The notes under the pieces were generated by a model. That model was not told where the DNA came from, did not search any database, and saw nothing but the letters and a program-made list of their open reading frames with translations. Of a stretch of DNA of 63,477 nucleotides, positions 1 to 10,652 are shown piece by piece (within the stretch, counting starts at the first letter, position 1; every line of letters begins with the position of its first letter). Origin of the DNA: an uncultured Clostridia bacterium (lineage in GTDB: Bacteria; Bacillota; Clostridia; TANB77; CAG-508); assembly GCA_947632585.1 (NCBI GenBank), contig CANRPS010000003.1:1-63477 (forward strand). The letters run 5' to 3'. Both the position numbers and the translations under genes were made by a program.

Positions 1-129
1 TCATACCTTTTTTTAAGCATTTTTTAAATGCTTATTTGTCATGCATTTTTCAATGTACTAAAAAATTTTAATTTTTTCTATTTTTCTATTGACATTCATA
101 TAGTTAGTCTAATTTTAATTTATATAATT

Positions 130-2131
130 TTATATAAATGCTATAATACATGACATTATTGCAATAATATTTGCAAATAATGTTCCACTTAATATAATAG
201 TTCTTAAATTTATTTTTCCTTTTTTTGAAATATTATTTTGTCCTAAAAGTAATCCAAAAGGTAACAATAATTGTATAAAATATCTTCCTTGGATACCATT
301 TATATAATACCATTTATATCCTGACCACTGCATATATATACTTGTAAATATTAATGCTATTATACTTAATAAAACTATACTAATTATTATTTTTCCGCTA
401 CTATTTATTTTTTCTTTTATACTATCATCAAATAATACAACTAATATAAACATTATTATAAATAGATATATTAGGATGTCACTTGAATATACATAATCAA
501 TTTGACCCATATATGTTCCAAACAATTCACTTAAATATAAATGTATTTCAGAAAATGCCGTATAAGCTGATGTTCTTATATAATTTACAGGATTACTTAA
601 TATATATGTTTTTTGTACATCTGCTTTATTATTATCAATCAGTGATAAATGTTCTCCTGCAATTTTTAACCATAATAAGTTTAACATTATTGGTATTAAT
701 ATTATACATATTAATGCTATTATTTTTGATTTTTTATTCTTATATTGATTTTTAGGTATAAATAATGCAAATAATACTATTGGTATATATGTTATTTTAC
801 AAAGTCCAACAACTGAGCCAATTAATGTTAATATTAGTATATTTTTTTTGCTTATTTCCTTATTATCATTTATTAATTTTAACACATAACTTAGAAACAA
901 TACACTAGAAGTAAATGTCAAGGCATCTGGAGACATTGTACTTATTTGAAATATTACTGTTGGTATCATACATATTAAAAATAATAATTTTTTTCCATAA
1001 GGCATTATTTTAAATGCTATATAAAGAATAATTATGCTAACAATTAAGTTTGCCAATCTTGCTAAATAAAAAATTGTAACTACTCTATCTGTAAATAAAC
1101 TTACAAATTTTATAGCAATTGCTTGTGGTATATATGGAACAATAGAATATACTGCCATATATGATCCATCAACTTTTACAGTTTCTTCCCCTATTTTTTC
1201 ATTTAAAGAATTTCTTAAACTAGAATAATAACCTTTATCTAAATTAGGAAGTCCTGTTTCTTTATTCATCTCTACCATTGTTTTAGTAAATGCTACTGGT
1301 ATTTCAACTATTGATTTTTTATTTTCTATTTTTGTATTAAATATTCCTTGAGAAATTTCATATGCCTTAAAGAAATGCGCTTGTTCATCATGCGCCCTAT
1401 ACATTGGTATTACCAATAAATATATAATTCCTAAAGTAGAAATAGCAAATAAGAATATTTTGTTCAAATTAGTATTTTTAAATAAAATTATATAGAAACA
1501 AACTATACTTATTATATTTATAAATATTATTGATAAAGTAAATATGATATTAGCATATTTACTATCATAATGTAATTTATAACTTATATGTCCAATATAT
1601 TCTTGTCCATTTATAGATAATTTTCCTGAATCAATTTCTTTTTCACTATAAAGAACTGGATTGTCATCTATAGTATTTTGATATCTTATTTTTATATCAT
1701 ACTTTTTGTTTAAACTTTCTTTTTGTTTTTTAAATGTAAATTTATGCTCTATGAAATTCATTGATGTTGAATCATATATATTATTATAACTACTAACTAC
1801 ATCTCCGTGTTTCATGTTCTGTAATTTCTATTTCAATATTACTTTCATTATATGTTCTAAATTCTTTATTAAATCCAATCGTAATTCCTTCTAAATTATT
1901 TCCTGTTCCTGTTATAGTTTGAACTATTTCTATATTTCCATCTTGAGATTGTATTTTTTCTTTTTCTAAAGGATAATCATAGTCTGAAAAATCGTCTATA
2001 TAATCGCTTCTTTCATTATAAATAAATTTACTATACATTGCTAAATCAATTAATATTAAAACTATTAGCATAATTATAAAAATAATTATGCTTGTTTTCT
2101 TATTATTGTCTTTCATTAAGTTTTCCTCCAA
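130..2131 (-). CDS. Polytopic membrane protein of the glycan locus (DUF2142/GT-C-like). ORFs 1793-2131 and 130-1815 are joined across a +1 frame break at in-frame CGG (1805-1807).
   Basis: The upstream ORF has one TM anchor plus a soluble segment. The downstream ORF has about 12 hydrophobic helices and the motif YRAHDEQAHFFKAYEISQG. The ORFs overlap by 23 nt and the span is 3n+1 nt. Skipping C1807 reads ...IEITEHET-G-DVVSSYNNIY. The family call is by eye. Confidence 0.55.
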
Positions 2132-2908
2132 CTATAATTGTTCTGCAAATCCTTTTTGTAGCTTATTAAATATTAAATACCCTATTACGCACAAAATTAT
2201 AGAAATTGCTATTAAAATAAATATTACTTTTAAGTTTGGAAATGTTTGGTAATAAAATATGCTCCTATATCCATTTATTATATGTGTCATTGGATTCAAC
2301 TCTAATATCCATTTTAAATTAGGAGATATTGAGTCTAAACTATATACTATAGGTGTTGCATAAAACATTAGTTGTAAAAATATTCCTATAAAATGTTGCA
2401 AATCTCTTAAATATACACATATACTTGAAACTATTAAACTCAATCCAATAAGCATTATATATTGTGCAAATAATATAATTGGATAAAATACAATATATTT
2501 GCTTACACCTAATCCTCCAAATATTACAAATGCAATTATTATTATTGTAGATATTAGAAAATTTACTGCTTCACTTGTAACAATAGAAATAGGTAATATT
2601 TCTCTTGGAAAATATACCTTTTTTATAATATTCCCATTTTCAATACAATTAAATGCAGATCTTGATATTGTTGTCGAGAAAAAAGTCCATGGTATTAAAG
2701 CCGCACACAAAAATATTGCATAATTTTCTTGTGGATTTTTTAATATTCCTTGAAATATTAAAGCATATACTGCAATTTGTAGAAGCGGATTTAAAAATGA
2801 CCACAATACCCCTAAAAATGAATTTTTATATTTTCCTCTAATTTCTTTTTTTACACTTGTTTTTAGTAATTCTCTATAATTATATAAATTTTTAAATACA
2901 TCTAGCAT
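2132..2908 (-). CDS. ABC-2 type polysaccharide/teichoic-acid export permease (TagG/Wzm-like)
   Basis: 258 aa with about six hydrophobic helices. Family-typical N-terminus YRELLKTSVKKEIRGKYKNSFLGVLWSFLNPLL. Partner ATPase gene at 5238-5984. Confidence 0.85.
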   Translation of the reverse strand: MLDVFKNLYNYRELLKTSVKKEIRGKYKNSFLGVLWSFLNPLLQIAVYALIFQGILKNPQENYAIFLCAALIPWTFFSTTISRSAFNCIENGNIIKKVYFPREILPISIVTSEAVNFLISTIIIIAFVIFGGLGVSKYIVFYPIILFAQYIMLIGLSLIVSSICVYLRDLQHFIGIFLQLMFYATPIVYSLDSISPNLKWILELNPMTHIINGYRSIFYYQTFPNLKVIFILIAISIILCVIGYLIFNKLQKGFAEQL

Positions 2909-2923
2909 TAATAAAACTCCTTT

Positions 2924-5227
2924 TTATATTCTACATATCTTTTTTATAAATTGTTTTATTTTTAATTTGTCTATTAACTTCATAAGTCCAGTTTTGTGTA
3001 GGAATTTAACAAATCCCCTCCATAAAGGGTTTGTCCATAATATTTCTTTAAGTCTTCTTAATTTAGCCTTTTTTTCGCTTTCAATATCGTCAATATCTTG
3101 TGGATGATATTGTCTTGGATCTACCTGATTGTATAACACAATATATCTTTTATACAAATCCTTATTAACTATTGATTCTTTCTTTATTCTAGTTCCAGCA
3201 TTTACTAACTCAGTAAACTCTTTTTCAAATTTTTCTACCATTTTGTCTACTGTAAATCCTTCTAAAACTTTTTGTCTACAATTATCTTTTAAAGATTTAT
3301 CTTTTAATACTCTTTCAATAGAATCTACATATCTTGAAATTTCTTCATCTGTATAATTCCTATTATAAAATCCATCTTTATCTGTTTGTACATTTTGTAC
3401 AACTGCCCCACATGTATCATCTACTAATTCTTTTTGTCCTCCTACGTCTGCCGTAACTACAGGTGTTCCCATAGCTAAAGATTCATATGTTGTAATTGTT
3501 AGTCCTTCTGTTAATGAACAAATTACAGTCACATCTGCTAATTTATAGAATGCTTTTGTGGCTTCATGTGGTTGCATACCAAAGAATATAACATTATCTG
3601 AGATGTTTTCTTTTTCAGAAACATCTTTCATTTCAGATAATCTATCACCATCACCAACAACAAGAAGTAATAGATTTTTATCTTTTTCTAGTAATTTTTT
3701 AAATACCTTTAACATAAATATTGGTCTTTTCTCTTCGGCAATTCTACATAAAAATAAAATACATTTTTTTCCTTCATATTTATTTTTATATTTTTCTATA
3801 TCTTTATTATTAAAAATTTCTACTTTGTTTCTATCAAATTCTTTTTCATCTACACCAATATATACTGTTTCAACATTGTCTATACTTCTTTCCATTTCGT
3901 TCATCATAGTGTTTTTTAATTTTTTAGTGCAAGTATAAGATTTGTCTAGAAATCCATCTATTGCAACAGAATCTCTTGGATATTCTCCATTTCTCCAGCC
4001 CCAGTTTTCATTATGTGTATAATCTGTAAATATTACATCTGGGAATTCTGATTTTAACCATGGTACAACATAAAATCCAAAATAACTATTTGATACCATT
4101 ACTAAATCAATATTTCTCGATTTTATTATATAATGTACAAATGCAGGCCAATCCTGTCTATTTAAAAATGTTGTTAAGTCAAACACTTCTGCATATTTTT
4201 CAAATTTCTGTCTCCATCTATATTCATTAGGCTCTGTTGTTAAAATTGTAATATCAAATTTTGTTTTATCAATTCTTGATATTAAATCTAAATTAAATTT
4301 ATCTGCTCCTCCTACTTGGAACCATGGGAATAAAAATAGTAATCTTATTTTACCATTTTTTTCATTTATTGGTTTTCTATTCCAATCAAATATATATGGA
4401 AATGAATCAAAATTTGTTTTAGTAGTAGTAGGAAATTGTATACATCCAACATTTTTCTTTATTTTGTTTGCTTGTTTTTTTATTTCTTCTCTAGCATGTT
4501 TATCTTTTGATTTATTTTTATTTATTGAGTCTAAAATTCCACCCTCTTTTTTCTTTCTATACCAAAAGCCATAATAATCCATTCTTATAGGAAAATATCC
4601 TTTTTCAAGCATTCTAAGCCATAAATGCCAGTCTTCATGAACATCATTATCAACAACTCCATATCCGCCAACATCAAGTAAGTCTTTCTTTTTTATCAAA
4701 GCACATACTGATAGGAGATTTTCCTTTTTTTCAATGTTGCAATTAAATTGTTGTTTCCATAAAAATTTCATACCATCAAAATTTGCCATATCAGCATAAA
4801 CCCAAGAAGCATCTGGGTTAGTTTTTAATGACCAATATGAACATTCAAGCATAGTTCTATCAATTACATCATCTGAATCTATAACAAATATTAAATCACT
4901 ACTTGCTTTAGATATAGCAATATCTCTTGTTACAATTCTGCCATGGTTTTCTTCATTATATATTTTTATTCTACAATCTAAACTAGCAATTTCATCTAAT
5001 ATTTCTTTTGTCCCTTCTTCTGTGCTTCCATCATTAACTATTATCCATTCCCAATATGGAAATGTTTGATTTATTATAGAATATGCTGTTTGTTTTATAT
5101 AATTTTTAGAATTATAATATCCTGTTATTATACTAATTAGTGGTTCACCATCATTTATTGATTGTACTTTATTTAATTCTTGGCCTGGAACCATATCATA
5201 ATCAAAATATTTTTCTTCTTCGTTCAT
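2924..5227 (-). CDS. Bifunctional glycosyltransferase (N-terminal GT2 fused to C-terminal GT4/GT1 domain)
   Basis: GT2 motifs ISIITGYYNSKNYI, WEWIIVNDGSTEEG and VIDSDD. GT4-type C-terminus VVGDGDR ... SLTEGLTITTYESLAMGTPVV. The ATG at 5227 is preceded by AAAGGAGAAAAA. The ORF-track start at 5254 would overlap the upstream gene. Confidence 0.8.
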   Translation of the reverse strand: MNEEEKYFDYDMVPGQELNKVQSINDGEPLISIITGYYNSKNYIKQTAYSIINQTFPYWEWIIVNDGSTEEGTKEILDEIASLDCRIKIYNEENHGRIVTRDIAISKASSDLIFVIDSDDVIDRTMLECSYWSLKTNPDASWVYADMANFDGMKFLWKQQFNCNIEKKENLLSVCALIKKKDLLDVGGYGVVDNDVHEDWHLWLRMLEKGYFPIRMDYYGFWYRKKKEGGILDSINKNKSKDKHAREEIKKQANKIKKNVGCIQFPTTTKTNFDSFPYIFDWNRKPINEKNGKIRLLFLFPWFQVGGADKFNLDLISRIDKTKFDITILTTEPNEYRWRQKFEKYAEVFDLTTFLNRQDWPAFVHYIIKSRNIDLVMVSNSYFGFYVVPWLKSEFPDVIFTDYTHNENWGWRNGEYPRDSVAIDGFLDKSYTCTKKLKNTMMNEMERSIDNVETVYIGVDEKEFDRNKVEIFNNKDIEKYKNKYEGKKCILFLCRIAEEKRPIFMLKVFKKLLEKDKNLLLLVVGDGDRLSEMKDVSEKENISDNVIFFGMQPHEATKAFYKLADVTVICSLTEGLTITTYESLAMGTPVVTADVGGQKELVDDTCGAVVQNVQTDKDGFYNRNYTDEEISRYVDSIERVLKDKSLKDNCRQKVLEGFTVDKMVEKFEKEFTELVNAGTRIKKESIVNKDLYKRYIVLYNQVDPRQYHPQDIDDIESEKKAKLRRLKEILWTNPLWRGFVKFLHKTGLMKLIDKLKIKQFIKKICRI

Positions 5228-5237
5228 TTTTTCTCCT

Positions 5238-5984
5238 TTATTTTGTTGATTCAATATATGCGTCTACAACTTCGTCTGTATTTCCATCCATTTTTATTTT
5301 TCCATCACAAAGCCATATTGCTCTATTGCATAGATTTTTTACAGACTGCATGCTATGAGTTACAAATACCATTGTTTTTCCTTGTTCTTTTAATTGTTTC
5401 ATTTTTTCAAAGCATTTATTTTGGAAATGTTCATCTCCAACAGATAATATTTCATCAATTAATAAAATATCTGCATCTACATTTATTGCAACTGCAAAGG
5501 CAAGTCTCATATACATTCCAGATGAATATGTTCTAACTGGATTGTCGATAAAATCTTGTAATTCTGAAAATTCAATTATTTTGTCTAATCTATCATCTAT
5601 TTCCTTTTTAGTTAATCCAAATATAGAAGCATTAAAATAAATATTTTCTCTTCCTGAAAAATCAGGGTGAAAACCTGCTCCTAATTCTAGTAATGAAGTA
5701 AGTTTTCCTTTTGTTTCTATTTTTCCTTTATTGGGATATATTATTTTAGTCATTAATTTTAAAAGTGTTGATTTTCCACTTCCATTAACTCCTATTAATC
5801 CTACAGCTTCTCCCTTTTTTATTTTTAGGCTAACACCTTTTAAAACTTCTCTTTTTTCCTTTTTATTTCTACTAAACAAAAATAGCAATTTTTCTTTTAC
5901 AGTATTTGCTCTATCTAAATATACATTAAATGTTTTATATACATTATCAACTATAATTTTATAGTCTTCTTCTTCACTTGACAT
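5238..5984 (-). CDS. ABC transporter ATP-binding protein for glycan export (TagH/Wzt-like, short form without C-terminal carbohydrate-binding domain)
   Basis: Walker A GLIGVNGSGKST, signature YSSGMYMRL, Walker B ILLIDEIL, 248 aa. Confidence 0.9.
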   Translation of the reverse strand: MSSEEEDYKIIVDNVYKTFNVYLDRANTVKEKLLFLFSRNKKEKREVLKGVSLKIKKGEAVGLIGVNGSGKSTLLKLMTKIIYPNKGKIETKGKLTSLLELGAGFHPDFSGRENIYFNASIFGLTKKEIDDRLDKIIEFSELQDFIDNPVRTYSSGMYMRLAFAVAINVDADILLIDEILSVGDEHFQNKCFEKMKQLKEQGKTMVFVTHSMQSVKNLCNRAIWLCDGKIKMDGNTDEVVDAYIESTK

Positions 5985-6039
5985 ATTGTTCTCCTTTTTT
6001 TTATTTTTCTTATAAATTATACCATAAATACACGAAAAA

Positions 6040-7425
6040 TCAATCTTTTGAGCTATTTTTCTTATGTTTAAATATATCTACCACTTTTCTTGAATATTTC
6101 CATGACCTACTATTCTTTATTTTTTCCAATTCAATCATGTTTTTCTCATTATTTTGTATTATTTCATTTAATCTTTTATTTTCCTTTTGTAAATTTTCTA
6201 TTTGTTTTTCAAAATATGCTTGTGCTTCTTTACATTCTTTATATATTCTTTCAGTTTTATTTTTTTCTTCTGTAATTTTATCTGTTAATTTTTTTTCTTC
6301 TTCTAAGTATAATTTCTTATTTATTTGTAAGTCTCGTTTTTCCTCACAATTTATCATATATATATTATTTTTTATATTTAAATTGTTATAAGCAAATTCA
6401 TAGTTTTTTTCAACAATTTTTGCTATTTGTTCTTTAGTTAATTTTTTCAAATCATCAACTATTTCGTCTATCGTAACTTCCTTTAATTTTCTTCCCGAAA
6501 AGTTACTACTAGCTGCTTCTTTTATGTTTTTATCTGTTATTATTCCACCGATTTTCTCATATCCACTAACTATTGATATTCTTTTTGTTGCAATTGACTC
6601 TAATATACATCTGTCTAAAGCAATTACTACATCATAATCTTTCATAATATTAATTACATCATTTCGAGCTCCGAGAAATTGAACACATCCTTTTAAGTCT
6701 TGTATTTCCTTTTTAACACTATCTGTGCACTTTCCATCACCAATTATTGTAAGAGTAGAATTACTATTTTCTTTATGATAATTTCTAAATATTTCAATTG
6801 CATTTTTTATTGAAATAAGTTTTTCTTCGGCTAACCTACTTACTATTAGAAATTTTTCTATTTTCTCTGGAGGTGTAATATCTTTTATTAATTCTTCATC
6901 AAATCTTATACTATTATTTATAACTACATATTTTTCTTCAGGGACTTTATAATTTTCCATATTTTCTATTTTAGATTCTTCAGTTATAGCAACTAATTTT
7001 TCTGCTGTGTTGAAATACATATTAAACATACCATTATAGTCTGAATAATGTTCTTCAAACCAACTATAAACTCCCATTATCCCAGTATGAACATATGCAA
7101 CATATGGAGTATTTGTAATTAGGCACGCTGGGAAAGCACTTATTATACAATCTAATTGATGTATATGTGCTTGGCCTATATCATATTTATATATTATATT
7201 CTCTATTTCCTTTGCTCTTTTTAAATCATATCCATCTTTTAGTTCAAAATCAAATTCTATACATATTGCTCCTTTTTTTATAAGCATATCTGTATAAATT
7301 CCCTTTTGAGCTAATATTACTACTCTATATCCTCTTTCAATTAATTCAATAGTTTGATTTACAACAACTGTTTCTACGCCACCAATATCAAGTTTATTTA
7401 AACATATTAATACATTTTTGTTCAT
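6040..7425 (-). CDS. GT4-family glycosyltransferase with ~100 aa C-terminal coiled-coil extension
   Basis: N-terminus LNKLDIGGVETVVVNQTIELIERGYRVVIL is GT4-like. The C-terminal third is heptad-like and charged (EEKKLTDKITEEKNKTERIYKECKEAQAYFEKQIENLQKENKRLNEIIQNNEKNMIELEK). Confidence 0.7.
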   Translation of the reverse strand: MNKNVLICLNKLDIGGVETVVVNQTIELIERGYRVVILAQKGIYTDMLIKKGAICIEFDFELKDGYDLKRAKEIENIIYKYDIGQAHIHQLDCIISAFPACLITNTPYVAYVHTGIMGVYSWFEEHYSDYNGMFNMYFNTAEKLVAITEESKIENMENYKVPEEKYVVINNSIRFDEELIKDITPPEKIEKFLIVSRLAEEKLISIKNAIEIFRNYHKENSNSTLTIIGDGKCTDSVKKEIQDLKGCVQFLGARNDVINIMKDYDVVIALDRCILESIATKRISIVSGYEKIGGIITDKNIKEAASSNFSGRKLKEVTIDEIVDDLKKLTKEQIAKIVEKNYEFAYNNLNIKNNIYMINCEEKRDLQINKKLYLEEEKKLTDKITEEKNKTERIYKECKEAQAYFEKQIENLQKENKRLNEIIQNNEKNMIELEKIKNSRSWKYSRKVVDIFKHKKNSSKD

Positions 7426-7431
7426 AAATTA

Positions 7432-8769
7432 TCACATTCCTTGTTTTCTATTTACAACTTTTTTCTTAGTTTTATGTTTTTTTATTGTCAAAGCTATAAG
7501 TAAAATAATAAAAATTATGATTGAAAAGTATATAAATGCTTTTCTTATATTTTTTCTTTTTCCACTTATAATTTCATCTACATATTTTAGTCTATAATCT
7601 ACAAATAAAGAAATTTGGTTTATTCCATAACCTGGTATATCTTTGTATTTTTCCTTTTCCTTTTCATAAGTTTCTTGTGGAATTGAGTTTATAAATTTAT
7701 CAAATTCGTCTAAAATACCTTTTCTAGTTAAAATATTTTTTCTTAATTCAAACCATCTATTTTTTATATCTTGTTTAAAGTTAGAAATCACTCTATTTAT
7801 TAATTCATTTCCTTCATATTCAGGTAAGTGATCATAGTTTTGAGCCAAATTTCCCTCAACATATGTACCCCATGTACAATCCATATCATATAAACTAGGA
7901 TACCATATAAGTCCATCATATGTTACCATGATTAAATTTTTTCCTAAATTATCTATGCCTTCCATAGCATATACCATTATAATATAGTTGAGCATTGCAT
8001 CTTTATTTATATATGATTCGAAATTTTTTACAAATTTTTCATCAGTACTAGTACTTACAAATTTAATTACTCTATTAAATTTATCAATATTTTCTTGATT
8101 TTCTTCTCCAACTGTTATTTCCCATCCAGATTCACTTATATCTTCTATTTGCTCTCTAAAAGCTACAGATTCTGTCCAAAATTTACCTTCAAATGCAAGA
8201 TTATTTTCTTTATCTTCATCTAAATTCCATAGCCAATCAGCCTTTGGTATATTCCACGTATATAATCCCAAAAATTCATTATTAGAATAAATTTCTACTG
8301 GAAATCCGTCTATCACACCATAATTTGGTGTATTCTCAAATACTCCATACTTTTTTTGTATTTTTGCTGTTATTCTTGCAGAAACAATGTTTCTTGCGTG
8401 TGTTTTGTCAATCCAATTTGCCTTTAGGCAATATTTATTTTGTTTTCCCCAATTTTTTCCAACATCTATTTTAAATTTTTCTTGATATTCATTATCTTTA
8501 TATAAATCTATGTTATAATTTTTTTTGTCATAATATATACTTGAAGTTCCTTGAATTTTCAATTTAGCATAGCAATCAAAATTAACATCTTTACTTATAA
8601 ATGTAATCTTTATTTCTCTTTCATCAGTTTTTTCTAACATATTAGTAATATTTCCATCAAAATAAACTCTTGGAATTTCACTTACTCCTAATACCTTATT
8701 TTGTTTAAAAATTATTATAAAAATAAATATTAAAACGATTACAAAAATTTTGCTACTTTTTTTCATCAA
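7432..8769 (-). CDS. CotH-kinase-family protein, membrane-anchored at both ends
   Basis: N-terminal signal/anchor KIFVIVLIFIFIIIF. CotH-like core (KIQGTSSIYYDKKNYNIDL, CLKANWIDKTHARN, YPSLYDMDCTWG). C-terminal TM FIYFSIIIFIILLIALTI plus a basic tail. Confidence 0.65.
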   Translation of the reverse strand: MMKKSSKIFVIVLIFIFIIIFKQNKVLGVSEIPRVYFDGNITNMLEKTDEREIKITFISKDVNFDCYAKLKIQGTSSIYYDKKNYNIDLYKDNEYQEKFKIDVGKNWGKQNKYCLKANWIDKTHARNIVSARITAKIQKKYGVFENTPNYGVIDGFPVEIYSNNEFLGLYTWNIPKADWLWNLDEDKENNLAFEGKFWTESVAFREQIEDISESGWEITVGEENQENIDKFNRVIKFVSTSTDEKFVKNFESYINKDAMLNYIIMVYAMEGIDNLGKNLIMVTYDGLIWYPSLYDMDCTWGTYVEGNLAQNYDHLPEYEGNELINRVISNFKQDIKNRWFELRKNILTRKGILDEFDKFINSIPQETYEKEKEKYKDIPGYGINQISLFVDYRLKYVDEIISGKRKNIRKAFIYFSIIIFIILLIALTIKKHKTKKKVVNRKQGM

Positions 8770-8892
8770 AATTTCTCCTCTTATGTGGCAATTTTATCAT
8801 ATTTTTATATTATTATTCAAGTATTTATATACAAAAATATCACTTTAATATAAAATGGTTTTTCATTGATTTTTTTGTTCAATAAAAAATAA

Positions 8893-8919
8893 AAAAAGAT
8901 GGGTTTTTCCATCTTTTTT
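8893..8919 (-). terminator. Rho-independent terminator after the cpsCDB-like module
   Basis: Hairpin AAAGATGG-GTTTTT-CCATCTTT flanked by A and T runs, 10 nt beyond the stop of 8930-9709. Confidence 0.6.
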
Positions 8920-8929
8920 ATCTAATTTA

Positions 8930-9709
8930 TTAATCTTTTAAAATTCTTCTATCTTTTAGATTTAGTTTAAATTTTCTTGGTTCGTTTACTTCAATTCTTT
9001 CATTTATTAAAACCAAATTTGGATTTATAGTAGTAAGTTCTTTTAGTTTATCTTTTCCAATTATAAATTCAAGCTCTTTTATTATTTCTGGCATATGAGG
9101 ATAAATTGTTTTTCTTCTGTGTACATCTGAACCCAAAAAATGTACCATATCATTTTCTATAAGCCTTTTAACTATTACTTCAGCCTTTTCTCCATAAAGT
9201 CCAATTACACTACCAAAATTGGCCTGCATTAATACACCATTTTGTATTAAATCATATACTAAATCAGGATTTTGCTGTATAAAAGAATATCTTTCTGGAT
9301 GAGCTAATATAGGAATATATCTCCTGTCTTGCATGTTATAAATTGCTTCATATATGTTCATTGGTTTCGTAGCTAAAGGGAATTCGAAAAGTACATAATT
9401 CGAATTATGTATAGTAGAAGCTTTTCCAGTTAATAACAAATTAGCAATGTTTTCACTTATATAAACTTCACTTCCTAAATATAAATTTAATTTTATGTCT
9501 TTTTTATATAGATTTTTAGAAATAGCTTCTAGCCAAGCTTGTCTTTTAGCTGATGTTTCTTCATAATATCCTTCAATATAGTGTGATGTGGAAATTATAG
9601 AATCAAATCCAGCATTTTCTGCTTCTTTTAACAAATCAAATGTCTCTTCTACACTTTCAGACCCATCATCAATATTAGGAAGTATATGTGTATGAAAATC
9701 TATCATCAT
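8930..9709 (-). CDS. cpsB: PHP-family protein-tyrosine phosphatase (CpsB/YwqE type)
   Basis: N-terminus MIDFHTHILPNIDDGS, later AHPERY and GSDVHRRK. Directly downstream of the BY-kinase gene. Confidence 0.9.
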   Translation of the reverse strand: MMIDFHTHILPNIDDGSESVEETFDLLKEAENAGFDSIISTSHYIEGYYEETSAKRQAWLEAISKNLYKKDIKLNLYLGSEVYISENIANLLLTGKASTIHNSNYVLFEFPLATKPMNIYEAIYNMQDRRYIPILAHPERYSFIQQNPDLVYDLIQNGVLMQANFGSVIGLYGEKAEVIVKRLIENDMVHFLGSDVHRRKTIYPHMPEIIKELEFIIGKDKLKELTTINPNLVLINERIEVNEPRKFKLNLKDRRILKD

Positions 9710-9725
9710 ATTTCTCCTTCTAATT

Positions 9726-10652
9726 CTATAAATTATTTTTCTTTTCTTTTTCTAAATATTTATTAATTTGATTTAATATGTCTCCTTTTTCTTCATTTGA
9801 AATTTCTTGTGTATTTTTTTCATCACTTGTGTTTTTTGATTTAATAGTACTATTTGTTTTATTTGTAGTTTTTGTATCATTTAAGTCTTCCCCAGCATTT
9901 TTTATTATTGGTTCTATTGGACGAAGTTTTGATTTGCTAGGCTGTTCTGATCTTGACGTTCTTCTTCTCTCATCACCATAATAATAATATTTTTCTCCAT
10001 ATCTTTTAGTTGATATTGGTAATTTATTAATAATTATTCCTGCTATTCTTCCATCAACATTTTGAATATTTTTTATAACTTTTCTTAACGAATCTTTTTT
10101 TGTTATTTTATGTGCTGTTACTATTATTGTTGAATCTGCAAGTCTAGATAAAATTACAGAGTCTGTAACAAGTTCACTAGGTGTTCCATCTATTATTACT
10201 ATATCGCATATCTTTTTTAGTTGATCCAATAAATCAATCATTTGTGTAGAAACTAAAAGTTCAGAAGGGTTTGGTGGTACAGCCCCAGCAGGTATTACAT
10301 ATAAATTTTCAATTTCTGTAGCTTGTATATAATTTAATACACTATCATTATCTGTTGATTCAGATGATAAAAAATCAGAAAGTCCTGGTCTTGGTGCAAC
10401 TCCTAAAATAGCGAATTGTCTACCCTTTCTCATGTCTGAATCTATTATTATAACTTTTTTTCCTGCTTGTGCAAATGTAACTGCTAAGTTACTAGATATC
10501 CAACTTTTTCCTTCACTTGGTGATGTAGATGTAACTAATAAAACTTGCATTTTTCTTTTTACATTCATGAATTGTATATTTGTTCTTAAAGTTCTAAATA
10601 TCTCAGAAATTGGAGATTTAGGACTTGTATAAGCTATTACTTCTTTTTTCAT
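9726..10652 (-). CDS. cpsD: Bacterial tyrosine (BY) autokinase, CpsD/YwqD type, with long C-terminal extension
   Basis: Walker A TSTSPSEGKSW, A' IIIDSDMRKG, Walker B IVIIDGTP, Tyr cluster YGEKYYYYGD. The cluster is followed by about 80 extra low-complexity residues. Confidence 0.85.
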   Translation of the reverse strand: MKKEVIAYTSPKSPISEIFRTLRTNIQFMNVKRKMQVLLVTSTSPSEGKSWISSNLAVTFAQAGKKVIIIDSDMRKGRQFAILGVAPRPGLSDFLSSESTDNDSVLNYIQATEIENLYVIPAGAVPPNPSELLVSTQMIDLLDQLKKICDIVIIDGTPSELVTDSVILSRLADSTIIVTAHKITKKDSLRKVIKNIQNVDGRIAGIIINKLPISTKRYGEKYYYYGDERRRTSRSEQPSKSKLRPIEPIIKNAGEDLNDTKTTNKTNSTIKSKNTSDEKNTQEISNEEKGDILNQINKYLEKEKKNNL

